The notes beneath the pieces are model-generated. The model made no database searches. It saw nothing but the letters and a program-made list of their open reading frames with translations, and was not told the DNA's origin. Positions 37,488 to 49,893 of a DNA stretch of 64,000 bases are shown in pieces. How positions within the stretch are numbered: position 1 is the first letter of the stretch; every line of letters starts with the position of its first letter. This DNA comes from Eremomyces bilateralis CBS 781.70 (Eukaryota), in NCBI GenBank assembly GCA_010015585.1, contig ML975154.1. The stretch is one strand, 5' to 3'. The position numbers and the translations under genes are program-made.

Positions 37488-38314
37488 TTACACCGAGGCT
37501 GTTGATGCAAAGGCTCGAAACCCAGGACCTGATTCATTCAGACCAATGCGTTTCTTGTTCAGTCCACGATCAACCTTCGATCGACCCGACAGCAGAGACA
37601 TGATCTCCCTCTTGTTGGCCTCGGAGTGCTGCAACCGGGCCTACGCCTTCTTCATCTCCTCCAGCTTCATCCACAGCAGCTCCATGAGAGCCTCCTCCGG
37701 ATGCATGTTGGCGCAGTCCTCACCACCACTGCATTCTCCATCCGGCTTGGGCGGCACCTTGCTCTTGCAGACCGATTGCTCATGGATCAACCTATATCGC
37801 CAAGTCTCATCGGCTTGACGATCAGCCCCCCACGGTCCGGATCCGTATAAGCCCAGGCTTTCATATCAAGAGGGCAATCCGACGACTACACGTGTTCCAC
37901 ATTAGGGCCTAATCAACCGATGACGGATAGTAGGAGTCTCTTGCCTCAGGATTGACATGGCGAGGACACAAGTGGGTGTTGTGCGCACAATAACGATCCC
38001 TGCAACCAATGCCGAAGAAGCTCTTGGGGCACATTATCTCCATATATTGCGTCCACGCTGGCGAACCGCTGGACGGCCGAATCGACCAGGGCATCATTGT
38101 GAAGTATTCCTCAGTCGATCCGGTACTACGAGGCTGTTAACCCAGTGCAACTCAGAATGCATATTGGAGGAACCCACGGCACGGAACCCCCCTCGGCAGA
38201 TTGCTTCTGGGCAGGGGACGAGGGCTCGTCAGTGGCCCCGCCGTTATTGCTATCCTCCTCTGGGCCATCGGGATGCGAGCGGTTGAGGGCATTAAGATAG
38301 TCCTTGGTCAACAT
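37488..38314 (-). pseudogene. Decayed gene with CCCH-like zinc-finger motifs and a helical C-terminus
   Basis: Fragments CPKSFFGIGCRDRYCAHNTHLCPRH and CKSKVPPKPDGECSGGEDCANMHPEEALMELLWMKLEEMKKA*ARLQHSEANKRE; in-frame TAG at 37641-37643 plus other stops and frameshifts. Confidence 0.5.
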
Positions 38315-39211
38315 TGCTGATGTATCTTACGAACTAGGCACATAGGTGAGAAGGGTAAGTGGGGAAGGAATATGTGAGTGAGGGGAAGGAGAAGGATGAG
38401 TAGACGGGTCAAAGGAAGCGAGAGAATATGCGAGAACCCAAATCATGGGAGTTCATTGAGCATGGTAGCTGGACCGTGCTATGTATAGCAGTTGATATCA
38501 CATGCGGTTTTACTACTATTCCAATACAGCAGTAGCGTATAGTATACAAGAGCGATATCTGATGGACTAGCGCGTCCTGTTAACGCTACTGTCTGGGGAT
38601 AGGGGAGACTCTCGGGTATTTTGAAGTGTTGCCATCTTCGATTCACTGTATATCGACCAGAGCAGTGATCAGTCGACGTATGGATTTGTTTGAGTCTTAA
38701 GCATCTGAAGGCATTTATGAGCAATCCAAAGGGGAATAAATAGTTGAGGCTTCGTCCCGGACGTGCTCCCGCAGCCGATGGAATCGGACTACTAGGGCCC
38801 TTGGATGAGGTATTCAGGTTGTGATGGACCGTAGGGGTGGAAGAAATGGATAGAACTTCCCTTTGATACCCTCCCCGGTCACGTAAATGGAGTCAGATTT
38901 AGTTGAGATGTAATCTTATGATCCTGCCAAAGGTGATTTAGATGAACATACAGGTAAAGAAATTCCGGTGATTATCAATTTAGTTTGCATAACGCAAATC
39001 CGGTCAACTTGTTTATCGGTAGAACTAAGCGCAACAGTCTACCTAACCATCAAACCTAAAGCTAGCAAGCGGAGTAAGCCTACAGATCAGACTCCGATTC
39101 TTCCCCCTCCCCTCCAATGTGGGACCCTGCTATTGAAGAACTGCCACCATTGCTGCCTCTCAATGGTCATATCCCATTTCAAGTGGACTGACGGAGAAAG
39201 CCTACATGTCG

Positions 39212-40567
39212 TCATCTTCCAACCTTTGCTCCGTGCTTCAGAAGAATGTCAACCATCTGTCGCCTCCCACACTTCATCGCCCATTTCAAGGGTCCACAAG
39301 GGGAATTGACATCCGCACCATTGTCAATTAAAATCTGGAGGCATCGGACGGAACCACTCTTGACCGCATGAGTAATTGGCAAAACGTCCCGATAATATCC
39401 CGCGGCATTACTATTATCCATAGCACCTGCATCAATGAGCTGCCGCATGACCTCATATTGTCCGTGAGCAGCAGCAGCTCCAAGGGGGCTGATCCAGTAG
39501 GTACGGCTTTTGAATTTCGGATGGACCTTCTTCATCATTGCGGCCACGAACTGTTCGTGGCCACCAGCTGCACTGTAAAGCAAGCAAACAGCGTAGAGTC
39601 TGGATATTCCGTTATATGTATCCCCGTTTAACGTCAGGTCCCACGAAAGCGTGTCGTAAAGGCCGCGCTTACGGGCTAGTTTCAGGAGACGTTTAAACTC
39701 GGGCAAATAGCCACCACCAGCTGCCCCAACCAGGGCGAACTCAAAGGTTTTTTGGGTAATCGCATAGCTGAACTGGGGATCCACTAGGGACAGTAATATT
39801 TCGGGGTGGCTGGGTTTGGGGCGTTCGAAAAAGACATTGAATCGTAGTCCAGAAATACTCGTAAGATCAGGTCGTATAATGCCCCAGAATCCACGGCGAA
39901 GGAGCATTCGAACGATTGGTGTGTGACCTTCAGCGATGGCACAGAGCAAAGGGGATCCAAAAGCCGTTGGTCTATTCGTGCCGTTTTCGAGGCAGCTATA
40001 GACGATGGCTTCGTGGCCTATAAAAGAGCCAGCCGCCAACAAGTTTTGCTCTTTGCTTGCAAACTGCTGGGTAAAACGCTTTGGGGTTCTGAAGAGATTC
40101 AGTGGTGCTCCATGCTCCGCTGCCGCGTCACATAACATGCGAATACATGTCTTTCGATCCACGTCGGGATCGAAGGATATGATGTCGTCGACTGTTTGAA
40201 GAATGACACTTGATGGGTAGACGGATCCGTCCTGTAATGTTTGCCAGAGTAGATACTCTGTCAACACATATTGCCCCACCCTGTGTGGGACAATTCGTCC
40301 AGTTGAACCAAATTTTTTGTAAGCTAGAAGCCTATGCAATGCTCTAGTTGAACAAATTGCTCTAACAGTTTCGATGTTGAACCGTCCTACCCAAGTCAGC
40401 AAGTTCATATATACGGTTGACCACATACTTGAAACAAGCCGCAATGGGAACACTTCATTCAGTGTGCTGCCTCTAACAAATGTTTCTACCACCTCTCCAA
40501 AAATTTCTGGGGGCAGGTCAAGAAGCTGATTCATTGTCGCTGGATCTGCTGCTGTTCTAGGGTCCAT
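39212..40567 (-). CDS. Ankyrin-repeat protein with F-box-like N-terminus
   Basis: LLDLPPEIFGEVV..LRLVS (F-box-like) followed by a probable short in-frame intron; ankyrin repeats GSPLLCAIAEGHTPIVRMLL, SPLGAAAAHGQYEVMRQLIDAGA, GSVRCLQILIDNGADVN, MVDILLKHGAKV. Start may be 40534. Confidence 0.8.
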   Translation of the reverse strand: MDPRTAADPATMNQLLDLPPEIFGEVVETFVRGSTLNEVFPLRLVSSMWSTVYMNLLTWVGRFNIETVRAICSTRALHRLLAYKKFGSTGRIVPHRVGQYVLTEYLLWQTLQDGSVYPSSVILQTVDDIISFDPDVDRKTCIRMLCDAAAEHGAPLNLFRTPKRFTQQFASKEQNLLAAGSFIGHEAIVYSCLENGTNRPTAFGSPLLCAIAEGHTPIVRMLLRRGFWGIIRPDLTSISGLRFNVFFERPKPSHPEILLSLVDPQFSYAITQKTFEFALVGAAGGGYLPEFKRLLKLARKRGLYDTLSWDLTLNGDTYNGISRLYAVCLLYSAAGGHEQFVAAMMKKVHPKFKSRTYWISPLGAAAAHGQYEVMRQLIDAGAMDNSNAAGYYRDVLPITHAVKSGSVRCLQILIDNGADVNSPCGPLKWAMKCGRRQMVDILLKHGAKVGR

Positions 40568-40869
40568 CACAAGAAACATAGATGGAGGTTCACTCAGCGA
40601 CCAAAAGAAAATAAGGGGCCCAAGTCCCAAGAACCTGTGTGCATTTTGGCGTATCCAGCTGATGATTTGATTATATGCGGGAGTGTGAATTAAATATGGC
40701 TAGGCAGCAAGATTATTGACCATTAAGTTAACTAAGTTAGCTAACTTAATTAGTCAGGAGTTCTGCATGTTGGATACCTGAAGTTCGCTGTAAACTCACG
40801 TGATGGGTAAGCGAACTCCTGAACAGAATTGCTCGATATCATCTAAAATCTCCAATTCTTTTCATCGAA

Positions 40870-40969
40870 TCCGATGTGGTGTAACGGCTATCATCGCCCG
40901 CTTTCATTGAAAGCAGAAAATACGCTTACGTAAACCGGGCAGACCCGGGTTCGACTCCCGGCATCGGAA
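40870..40969 (+). tRNA. tRNA-Glu (TTC) with 28-nt intron (40907-40934)
   Basis: Acceptor stem TCCGATG/CATCGGA; anticodon stem GCCCG/CGGGC with CT-TTC-A; T arm CCGGG-TTCGACT-CCCGG; intron TGAAAGC pairs with the anticodon loop; oligo-T Pol III terminator follows. Confidence 0.95.
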
Positions 40970-41560
40970 TTTATTTTTTCTACAATTTCCAGATTTTTGG
41001 GTATTTTTTTTGGCCTTAGGGATAAAGAATTATAAGTTAACTTAAGTTAACTTAGTAATGGTATAACTAACTTAGTTATAGCATTAAACACAATGCTTAG
41101 TACCTATCCATCTGAATATCTGCATTATTACGTTTTGAATGGTTATCATCCGATCTATGCATCACCTCTTCTTCAGATCATAACCAAACCAACCCCTGAA
41201 TTCTTCTCCGTAAATTCCTGTGCCAATTGCGCGGTAATAGAGCAAGCCCTAATGAGAACAATTATCACGACATAAAAAAGCTACTCGATAAGACGAGCGA
41301 TGGCAGCGTCAGCTAATAATCCACGAACGGCCTGGGTGATGATAGGATCCTCCCCTTCCTCATCCTATTGATGAAACGTGATACAAAGAATCATGTTCAT
41401 TGATATTTTAATCCAAGTCTATCCACAGAGGTTGTCTATCAGAGCCCATCGTAAATGAGCCTATCGCGTTCACTCATATCTGCCATCCATCCAACTCCTA
41501 TCGTGACCATCAGTGTGATGAGAACTCAAGGCATCCGATCCAAATCACCATTCCCTCTCC

Positions 41561-44000
41561 TTAGGTAGTGACATCCACCTCGATTCCAAGAACCGGCTCG
41601 CTGAACTGCACCGCGCAAGTGGGCAACGGCACTCCATAATTCTCAAACTCTAGCACATACTCCCCGGTGGCCGTCTTATTCGGTACGATCCACCTCCGAT
41701 TCAATAGATCTCCATCCTGCGCCTGATCATTGAAGTTCTGCGGCGCGAACACAATGCTCGCATACGCCTCGCTGTACAAAGTCACCGGCACGTCCTCCGC
41801 CCGCGTAAAATGATGCATCCCCAGGTTGAACCACACCACCAGATCCGTGTCGTCCACGCTTTCACCGTCGAAGAACTCCGCGAAGTCCTGCTGCGGCGCC
41901 CACGGCAGATTGACGTTCTGGATGCTGTTGCTGAACGGCTCGTTGTCATGCTGCTGGGTGACGGCGAGGTGGCTTTTCACGAACGCCGCGTTGTCGCGTG
42001 ACCAGGGGGAGTTTGCGATCGAGAGATGGATGTCCGAGCGGCCGGGGACGATGCGGTAGCCGCGGGGCTGGTCCCATTTGTTGGTCTCGTTCTTGTTGAG
42101 CACGACGTACATGGCTTGGTTGTTCGGAGCCCAGTCGAACTGCTCTTCTTCAGCCTTGTAACTGACGTTCATCTTCATCTGCTCGAAGGTGCCAAGTTCG
42201 GGGAACCACGGCTGGGTGACGTTGGCGACGACTAGCTCGGATACTTGCAGGCTATTGTTCACCCCGACGATGTCGAAGTCGGCTTTGTAGTTGATGATGT
42301 GGTCGTGCAGACTGCCCATGGTGGCGTCATGGATCCGGGGGCCCCACGAGGTTTGGTTGGCGTAGTACGGGGAGGACTGGAGATAACCAGATGCGCGAAC
42401 GGCGACCTCGATGCTGCCGTCGAGGTGGAAGGAATAATCGAACATGTAGTCGTAGTTGCCGATGGTGGCGATCGCGCGGACGGTGAGTGCAGCGCCCTTC
42501 ACAACACCAAGGTTCGCGAAGCCGTAGTCACTGCTACCACCGCCGGTGCGGTGCCGGGCGAGAGGGAAGTTCATATCGTGCTCGAAGATGCAAATCGAGT
42601 CCGTGTTGGTGACGGTGGTGTTGGCCTCGTGGTACGAGACGTTCCAGAAGGTCGACCCGAAGGGCTGAAGAAGTCAGTATTTGGCCATCGATCACATATG
42701 CCTAGATGTTGGTCCTGGAAAGGGGATGGGGACTTACGCAGTCATATCCTTCAAGCAAAGTGCCCATATCAGTTCCGAGCGAGTAATATGTGTCATGATA
42801 CACAGTATTAGCAGCCTTGGGCTGATTGCCACCATACTGTGCCAACGCTTCCTGCAGCGAAAGCTCAAAAAGCACAGTATCGCCCTTGTATTTGACGTCA
42901 TGGATGGATATTCCAGTGGTCCTGGAGAACGATAGGTAGAACGTGAAACCCATGTACTCGATGTATTGTGCTTCAGGATCTACCTTGTAACGCTTCCCAC
43001 CGAGCTCAATGCTTGATGGCGCAAACCGGTCCTCCAGGTCACGCTGACCCATATCGTCTTTGTGGTTAACCAAAGCCCAGTCAGCATCGAGGGTCTGTTG
43101 ATAGTCTTGAACAAGTTCGCCAGCATCGAACGCAGCGCGAAGTTCGACTTCGGTTTCGAAGAAGCGCTCCTTGGTCACGAATCCCTTGAGGAAATATAGC
43201 GACGAATCGGTGCCTGTGCAGTCGATCAAGAGGTAGAAATCTATTGGTGTCAAATAGCTCGCAACGCCAGGGAGGCGGAACAAGATAGAACGGAACGATT
43301 GAGTTCCATCGAATGATTGAGGCGTCCCTGATGTGGCGCTGAGATTGGTTCGCTCATCCTCAGACCCGTAGTAGACACTTCCCTGGAACAAAGCCGCCGT
43401 GATGTCGGCGATGCTGCTCATCGTCTCGGCGATGAGAGGCTCGGTGGCAGCTGACCGGGGTCCGTCGAAAACGCGAGCGTTAAAAGGAACGCGGCCACCT
43501 TGTCCACCATTGTACAAGTAGTCAAGAGGCTGAATAGTGGTAGTCGTGCTGACTGGCAGAGGTCCAACCATGTATTCCTGGGAATCCGGGTCGGCTTTCC
43601 CACCCTGGAAGAGGATAACACGAGCGTATTTCGGAGGAGGAGGACCGCCTGCCTTGTATGCGAGCACGTCTGTCTTGTTCACAGGAACCGTGTCGATGAA
43701 ATAGACGTAGTTGTCCGTCTGGGTGGCCTCTTCCGGATCCGTGAGGTTCAATCCCAGTGCCGGATCGTGAACGAAGTCCCACACCGCGCGGTTGTCCTCC
43801 GCACTGATCTGAGCCCACACGTTAGTATAGGGGGCAGTGGCCGTCTCAGCAACATCGCCGAGACAGCTCGCCGTGCTGGAGTTTCCATCTGTCCTTTGCT
43901 CCAGAGCACGCTTGAGGAGAGCACGCTCATAGCCAAGCGGAGTTCCCGGGAGGGCAGCAACTGCTGCCGCAATTGAAAGCGTAACGAAACTCGGACGCAT
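41561..44000 (-). CDS. Secreted copper amine oxidase (TPQ-dependent)
   Basis: Signal peptide and KR site; TIGNYDY TPQ motif; HDH and GMHH copper ligands; one intron 42665-42737 giving GYDCPFGSTF. Confidence 0.95.
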
Positions 44001-44065
44001 GATGAAAGATAATTGCAGACTCGTTTACAGGGAAAAGGAAAAGTGTATCCGATTTACAGGCTGCC

Positions 44066-44072
44066 TTTTATA
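44066..44072 (-). promoter_or_regulatory. TATA box of amine oxidase
   Basis: TATAAAA on minus strand about 66 nt upstream of ATG 44000. Confidence 0.5.
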
Positions 44073-44744
44073 GCCTCTCGCGAAGCTTCCATCCTGGAGC
44101 TCGCTGAACTGCATATCTCAATCCCCGAGTACCTCCTTGTATCTAACAAAAGAGAGGCCTGGAGGCGAGATAAGACAAAACACAGAATAGAAAATAGTAA
44201 GAGAAATGCCATCAACTAGAAGTAGGTGCTAGGGATTACCTCTTCGGCTGCAGTGTCGTGGATAGGATTGGAGCTTGGTACTACTAGGTGCAGTTCCGAT
44301 AGCTGATAGCTCTGGCGTCGTTCTGCCAATGTGACGACGAATATCACGGGCAAATCGCAGGCTAGAAATAGTCACACAAACCAATCGGAGGATATTGATT
44401 GTGCTGTATGTGCCTGTTAATCCTTTCACATGACCGTTGATTGTCGCCTGGAGGATGCAACTGCAAGCTAAGCCACGCGAACATGTCGTCGTCTCGGGGT
44501 CTCGTCCCGATATCACGGATACAGTGTCCTTCATGAGTATAGACTCAGCTGCAAGAGCACTGAGGAATGAGGCTAAGTGAATAGTAACTACGCAAGCGGC
44601 GTGGCATATCATTCTGGGGGCCTTTCGGAGGTGCAGATTCCGGGGTTTGTATCAAACGGCGGGGATCATGATTAAACAACGAGAGCCGAACTGACAGGGA
44701 GGAAACTCATCGATTGCAAGGCCATTCAAGCTGCAGAATAACTG

Positions 44745-44930
44745 GATAAGGGAGGTTGATATGGGCAGGGAGATCGGCAGAAGTAATAAAGATATGTGGA
44801 AGGGTGCTTATCGCTTCGCAGTTCTGTTCTTTTGATGCATGCAAGTGTGGGGTTTGCAGCTACCAGCCATCGGCGGGGATAAGATTTGCAGGATAAAAGG
44901 TATCAAACGCCTTGGGAAAATATTGATAAG
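44745..44930. promoter_or_regulatory. Cluster of GATAA sites (candidate AreA/NIT2 elements)
   Basis: GATAAG at 44745, 44878, 44925; CTTATC at 44807; GATAAA at 44892; upstream of a nitrogen-releasing enzyme. Confidence 0.45.
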
Positions 44931-45468
44931 ATTACGAGATGTTCGAAGATGACATTACCGAGCAGGCGTGGATACATTTCAAAATGATAGAGGAATGAAA
45001 GCCAACGTCCTGAAGAGTTCGCAGAGAATGACTAACCTAATTAGGAAATGAAGATAGCATTACATGTCCAAACAACTAACCCCCTCGTCGGGAGCTGCAT
45101 TATCTGATGGGATACTAGTGACTTCTATTCGGAATATCATCCGAAGCTTCGTCTGTCGGTATTCCATACCGAAAGCGACTATCAAAAGTGGACTGAGCGA
45201 CTTGATTATCAATCCGCAGCAACTGGCCATCTAAAATAATGAATAATCTACATATCAAAGGGTTTGGGATGGATCGATTCCTTATCATGTGCGACCCTAC
45301 AATGCGAGGAAGGATAGTAATTGAGCAGCACATTTATCAATGAGGTCATACTATACTTTTGGAACGCTATTCAGTACTCGTTGCCGAATTGCCTCATTGG
45401 GTCATTCATGAAAGAGAGAAAGGATCCTGTCAATTCTATATCGAAGAGAATAAAATCGATAGCATTCG

Positions 45469-46701
45469 CTAACGGCTCTTTTCGCGTTTCTTCGCAACCT
45501 TCGAATAATCCACCATCGCTCTATCCATCCCACTCAGCCTCCGCACAACCCACTGCACCCCCGCCGGCAGACATTTCGTAAAATGTACCGTCCGCGAGTA
45601 CAGCGGCAGCGCGATCTCCCCGCCCTCCCCCGCATCTACCATCTTCATGATCTGTTTCGCTACATCCACCGGCTCCAGCACCGGCGCTAGGAAATTCGAC
45701 GGCGTCTGCACGCCCGCGAAGAGAGGCGTGGCCATCTGCCCTGGGGTGCAGAGCACTGTCCGTATGTTCTTTGCGGATGGGTGGGGGGATTGCTCGAGTT
45801 CACCGGCGAGGGACGTGTGGAGGGCGATGAGGCCGGCTTTGGATGCGCAGTAATCGGCTGGGGATGTTAGGAGGGAAGAAAGGCAGGAAACTAGTATGTG
45901 CGGATGGGGACGTACCTAGGTTGGCGCAGCCAAGGTGCCCTAGAACGCTGGCAACGGTGACGATGGTGCCAAAACCTTGCTCGAGCATGCCGGGGAGGAA
46001 CTGCTTGATGGTATAGAATTGAGACAATAAATTGACTTGGATTGTTCTGTGAAGTTGTCAGTAGGTATTCTCCCGGAAACGGAGTAGAGATTGGCTAACT
46101 TTTCAATTTCCTCGCAAGAGAGGTCCAATAGAGATTTCCCATGCATAATTCCGGCGTTGTTGATTAGAATCGTTGGCGGTCCTAGCTACTTGTCGTCAGC
46201 ACCGGTGTCCAAAGAGTAGGAAATTTGCCTTACCTCTTTCTCGATCTTCTCCGCTACCTTCGCCAACGCATTCTTGTCTCTGACATCGCACTTGTAAAAC
46301 GTGATGCCTGGTACTTCATCTTCGTTGGTCGACTTAACGTCGAGCACGGCAACGCTTGCTCCTCTGATGCCATAGACCTGGGCAATGAACAGACCAAGAC
46401 CTCCACCTCCTCCAGTGACTACGATCACCTCTTCCCCCAGATCGACTTTTCTCGGTTTTCCATATGCCAATATTTTGCTAATTCCATTCGCGATGAAGAC
46501 GCATGTAAGAAATGCGGCGTAGCCCACGGAAAATAGGAAGGCGCGGTGATTATACGGGGTCAACTGAGCACGCAGACAAAGCGGGACAATCCACGCAACA
46601 AAAGGATGTAAAACGGTGTAGCTGGCAACATAGTATAGGAGATCAACACTCAGTAATTCGTACCAGGCCTTTCCGGCTCTTCTGGGTGCGTCTCTGTTCA
46701 T
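45469..46701 (-). CDS. Membrane-anchored short-chain dehydrogenase/reductase (RDH10/Tda5-like)
   Basis: N-terminal TM helices; VTGGGGGLG; YKCDV; LINNAGI; TVASVLG; DYCASKAG (YxxxK); three introns. Confidence 0.92.
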
Positions 46702-47693
46702 GTTCAGGGGCAGGGTGGACAATGATGGATGAGGCCAATAGTATGTGGGATTCTGGGTTGCGAAGAATAGGACGCGAATCTACGCATACATCATAGAAGC
46801 AAACATACAATCGGCAGACACATCCATTAAGTCATTAAGTAGGCATGAAGAGGAAACGGCACACCACCTGTTGCGAATGGGTTTCATGTTGTCCCTGAAA
46901 TGCGGCCCGAGAAGAAAGTATTACGCCAGGACGCACAGGGAAGCGAAATGGATGATGGCCCCATGAAGTTCGAACCCCTGCCTGTTGGCCAACCACCTAC
47001 TTGCCAATATCACCAATATCACCATCACCAAACGCGTGATATCTCAACCATCATATCGTATTACAATGTCAAATTCAGATGAGATGCTCCTACAGACCAT
47101 TCACTCCGTACAGACCGTCAATGTAAATCATAAAACGAAGCTGTAGCACTATTCAAGGTCAATCGAGCTCCGCTTCAAAAACGCCTCAAGGGATCTGGTG
47201 ATGGAGATCTGGTGACAGACTGTTGCAAATGATTGGCTGAAATTCAAGCGGACGCCACACCACTTTCGGAATAGCGCCGCAAGCGTTTCGATGGTCCTGG
47301 CTCTTAGGGAACTCCCTCTCTCTGCGACACCCACCACCCACGAGAGCACATCACACTCGCACTACAAAGCCATCTTGTTTCCGCCATGTAAAAGTTCGGG
47401 TTGGACTGATCATACACTTCCTAGCCGACTGTTGATATCGTCACTGAAAGAATCTTGACTACCGATTTCATTCTCTGGCTCAATCTCGGGTTCTTCTCTT
47501 CCACCAGCACCTTCTACCAACCCTCCAACTACCTTCTGCGCCGGATCCGAGTTTACCGCTCCACCACATTAGATCCAGGCAGTCTTTGACGACAACATTC
47601 TGGGATACCAGCGACCATCAACGTCTATTCTGGATACGAAATCTCTGCTCCCAACTTACCTCCACAACGCAATTCGACCCATCCTGTCCGATC

Positions 47694-49362
47694 ATGGCGA
47701 GACCACGAAGCGGCACACCTCCAGAGAGGATAAACCCTCACTCTCCCCCACAACTCTCCAAACTCGACAAGCGACGGAAGCAGATCGCTGACAAGATCGA
47801 AGATATGAACACGGCGTTTGGGGTCCACCTACGATTTCACTATGAGGCCCAACAGCTGGCTCTCCATGTCGACATGAACATGGTGTTGAAGGCCAAGCCG
47901 TACGACGGACCGCTAGACGACAGCCCGGATACAATCAAGAAGCTCATAGCAGAGGAGCTGGGCTCGCATGAATTTACTATGGACGACGCGCAACGCGATT
48001 TTGATGCGGAAGCAGGCAGGTTCTACCAAGCCTATGTGCGGACGGTCAATGACCATTATTCGGCACGAGACAGCGATTTGTCGATGCTTGCGGTAAGTCG
48101 TCCTTCCCAGACGATCTTTTAAACGGTACAATACTAATGTTTGTTTGTAGACGCGCTACCAGAGGGATGTAACAACCATCGAAGACCGAGCCGCGTTTTT
48201 GGTTGCGACCGCTGAAGAAGAGCACAAGATCCTGTCACGAACCGTCCGCGAACGCCTGATAAACCAGCTGAATGCCCGGAAAGCCCGTCTCGTGCGGGAG
48301 AAGGACCAGCTGGATATTGCCGACACGAACGCCCAGCAGCTTCATCCTATTCAATTCTCCTTGGGTGACCTGAACAACCCTGGTGCAACCCAACATCCGC
48401 GCAAGACACGGCATGCGCGGCACAAAGCAATGGACCGCGATCGAGAGGAGCTGCTCGGGGCCCCCACCGGCCAAGATAATACTCGGAAGCGCAAAGCCGC
48501 TTTCGAAGACGACAACGACACCCCCACCCCCGGCGCCATCGGCACCGACCTCAGCGGCGGTTCCGGCTTCGAATCCAAACGCCAACGCACCACCGACAAG
48601 ACCGAACACCCCGTCCACTCCGTCAACCGCCTGTTCACCGAAAAAGAACTCTCCCTCGCCACCAACAAAGCCGCGCAAGCCGCCCAGATCCATCTCCACC
48701 GTCTCCGCCGTCAAACCAGCGGCATGCAGGCCAACGGCGCCCCCAACGGCGTCAACAGCACGCACCCCGGCAACGGTGACGATGGCGCCACGCCCGCGAT
48801 CGGCGACGAAATTGACGACAACGACACCCCCGGTGCGCCGGAGATGGAGCGCAACATATCCCAAACGCACCATGCGACGCGCGGGGCGGTGCGCAACGAG
48901 CGGTTCGCGAACTTCCGGCTGGTTCCCGCGACGCGGATCATGTACCGGACGATCTACGAATCGCGGGGGCGGATTGAGGCGAAGCAGAAGCCGGAGGTGA
49001 TTCCGCTGACGGAGGAAGAGGTGGAAGATGACCTGCACCGGATCGTGGAGATGGGGGACCCCGGGGAGGAGGGGTTGAATTCGTTGCTGGATGCGAGTTT
49101 GGGGCCGGTGAATGCGTTGGGGGATGAGGAGGAGGAGGTGGGGAAGGGGGAGCAGGAGAATGCGGGGAGGAATGTGGGGGCGATGGCGGCGGTGTTGGCG
49201 GGGATGGGGGGGGTGCCGATGAGTGCGCAGAGTAGTTTGGGGGGGAGCGAGGCGGGGGCGGTACCGATGAGTAGGGCGGAGGGGAGTAGTTTGGGAGGAG
49301 TTGGAATGAGAAGGACAGCGAGTGGGAGGGGGAGGGGGAATAGACGACTAGCGGAACAATGA
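47694..49362 (+). CDS. SDS3: Sds3-like subunit of the Rpd3L histone deacetylase complex
   Basis: SPPQLSKLDKRRKQIADKIEDM, AKPYDGPLDDS, EEHKILSRTVRERLINQLNARKARLVREKDQLDIADTNA, RKTRHARH, RLFTEKEL; one intron about 48092-48150. Confidence 0.8.
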
Positions 49363-49893
49363 TTTGGGGGATTCCTAGCCAAATGGTAAGACTCCTTCAC
49401 CTTGGGTGTTGAGAGATGATTAGATGATAGACCGTTTTTGTTTACGGGGAGCGGGCAGGACGGTGTCTTATGCTATGACTTTTGAGTCGAGAGGATATTT
49501 ATAGCATTACTCTTACTGAGACTCTTATGATGAGAGCTGGGTTGTCCAAGAAATGAATAGACGTATCTACGAACGTTGTCTACTGTACCAAGATCCAACA
49601 GCCAACATAACTCATCAGTGCAACAGAAGCTCACGGCTCAGGCTCTGGCTCTGGCTGTTAAGCAAGGCGTCAAGGCGTCAATAATCCACTCTCCCTGACC
49701 GCCCCACTTAAATTCTCCAAGTCCCAGTCCACTGTCCAGCCATCCAACACCATCATGTCCAGCAATGGGATAGCTATTCCTATTCGTATTTCCAAGAATT
49801 AACCAAGGAAGCAAACCTTCAATTCCCCAAACCGAAGGAATCCCAATCTTATCCCGCACAACCAACAAGCCACCCCCCATTCACCCGCCCACC

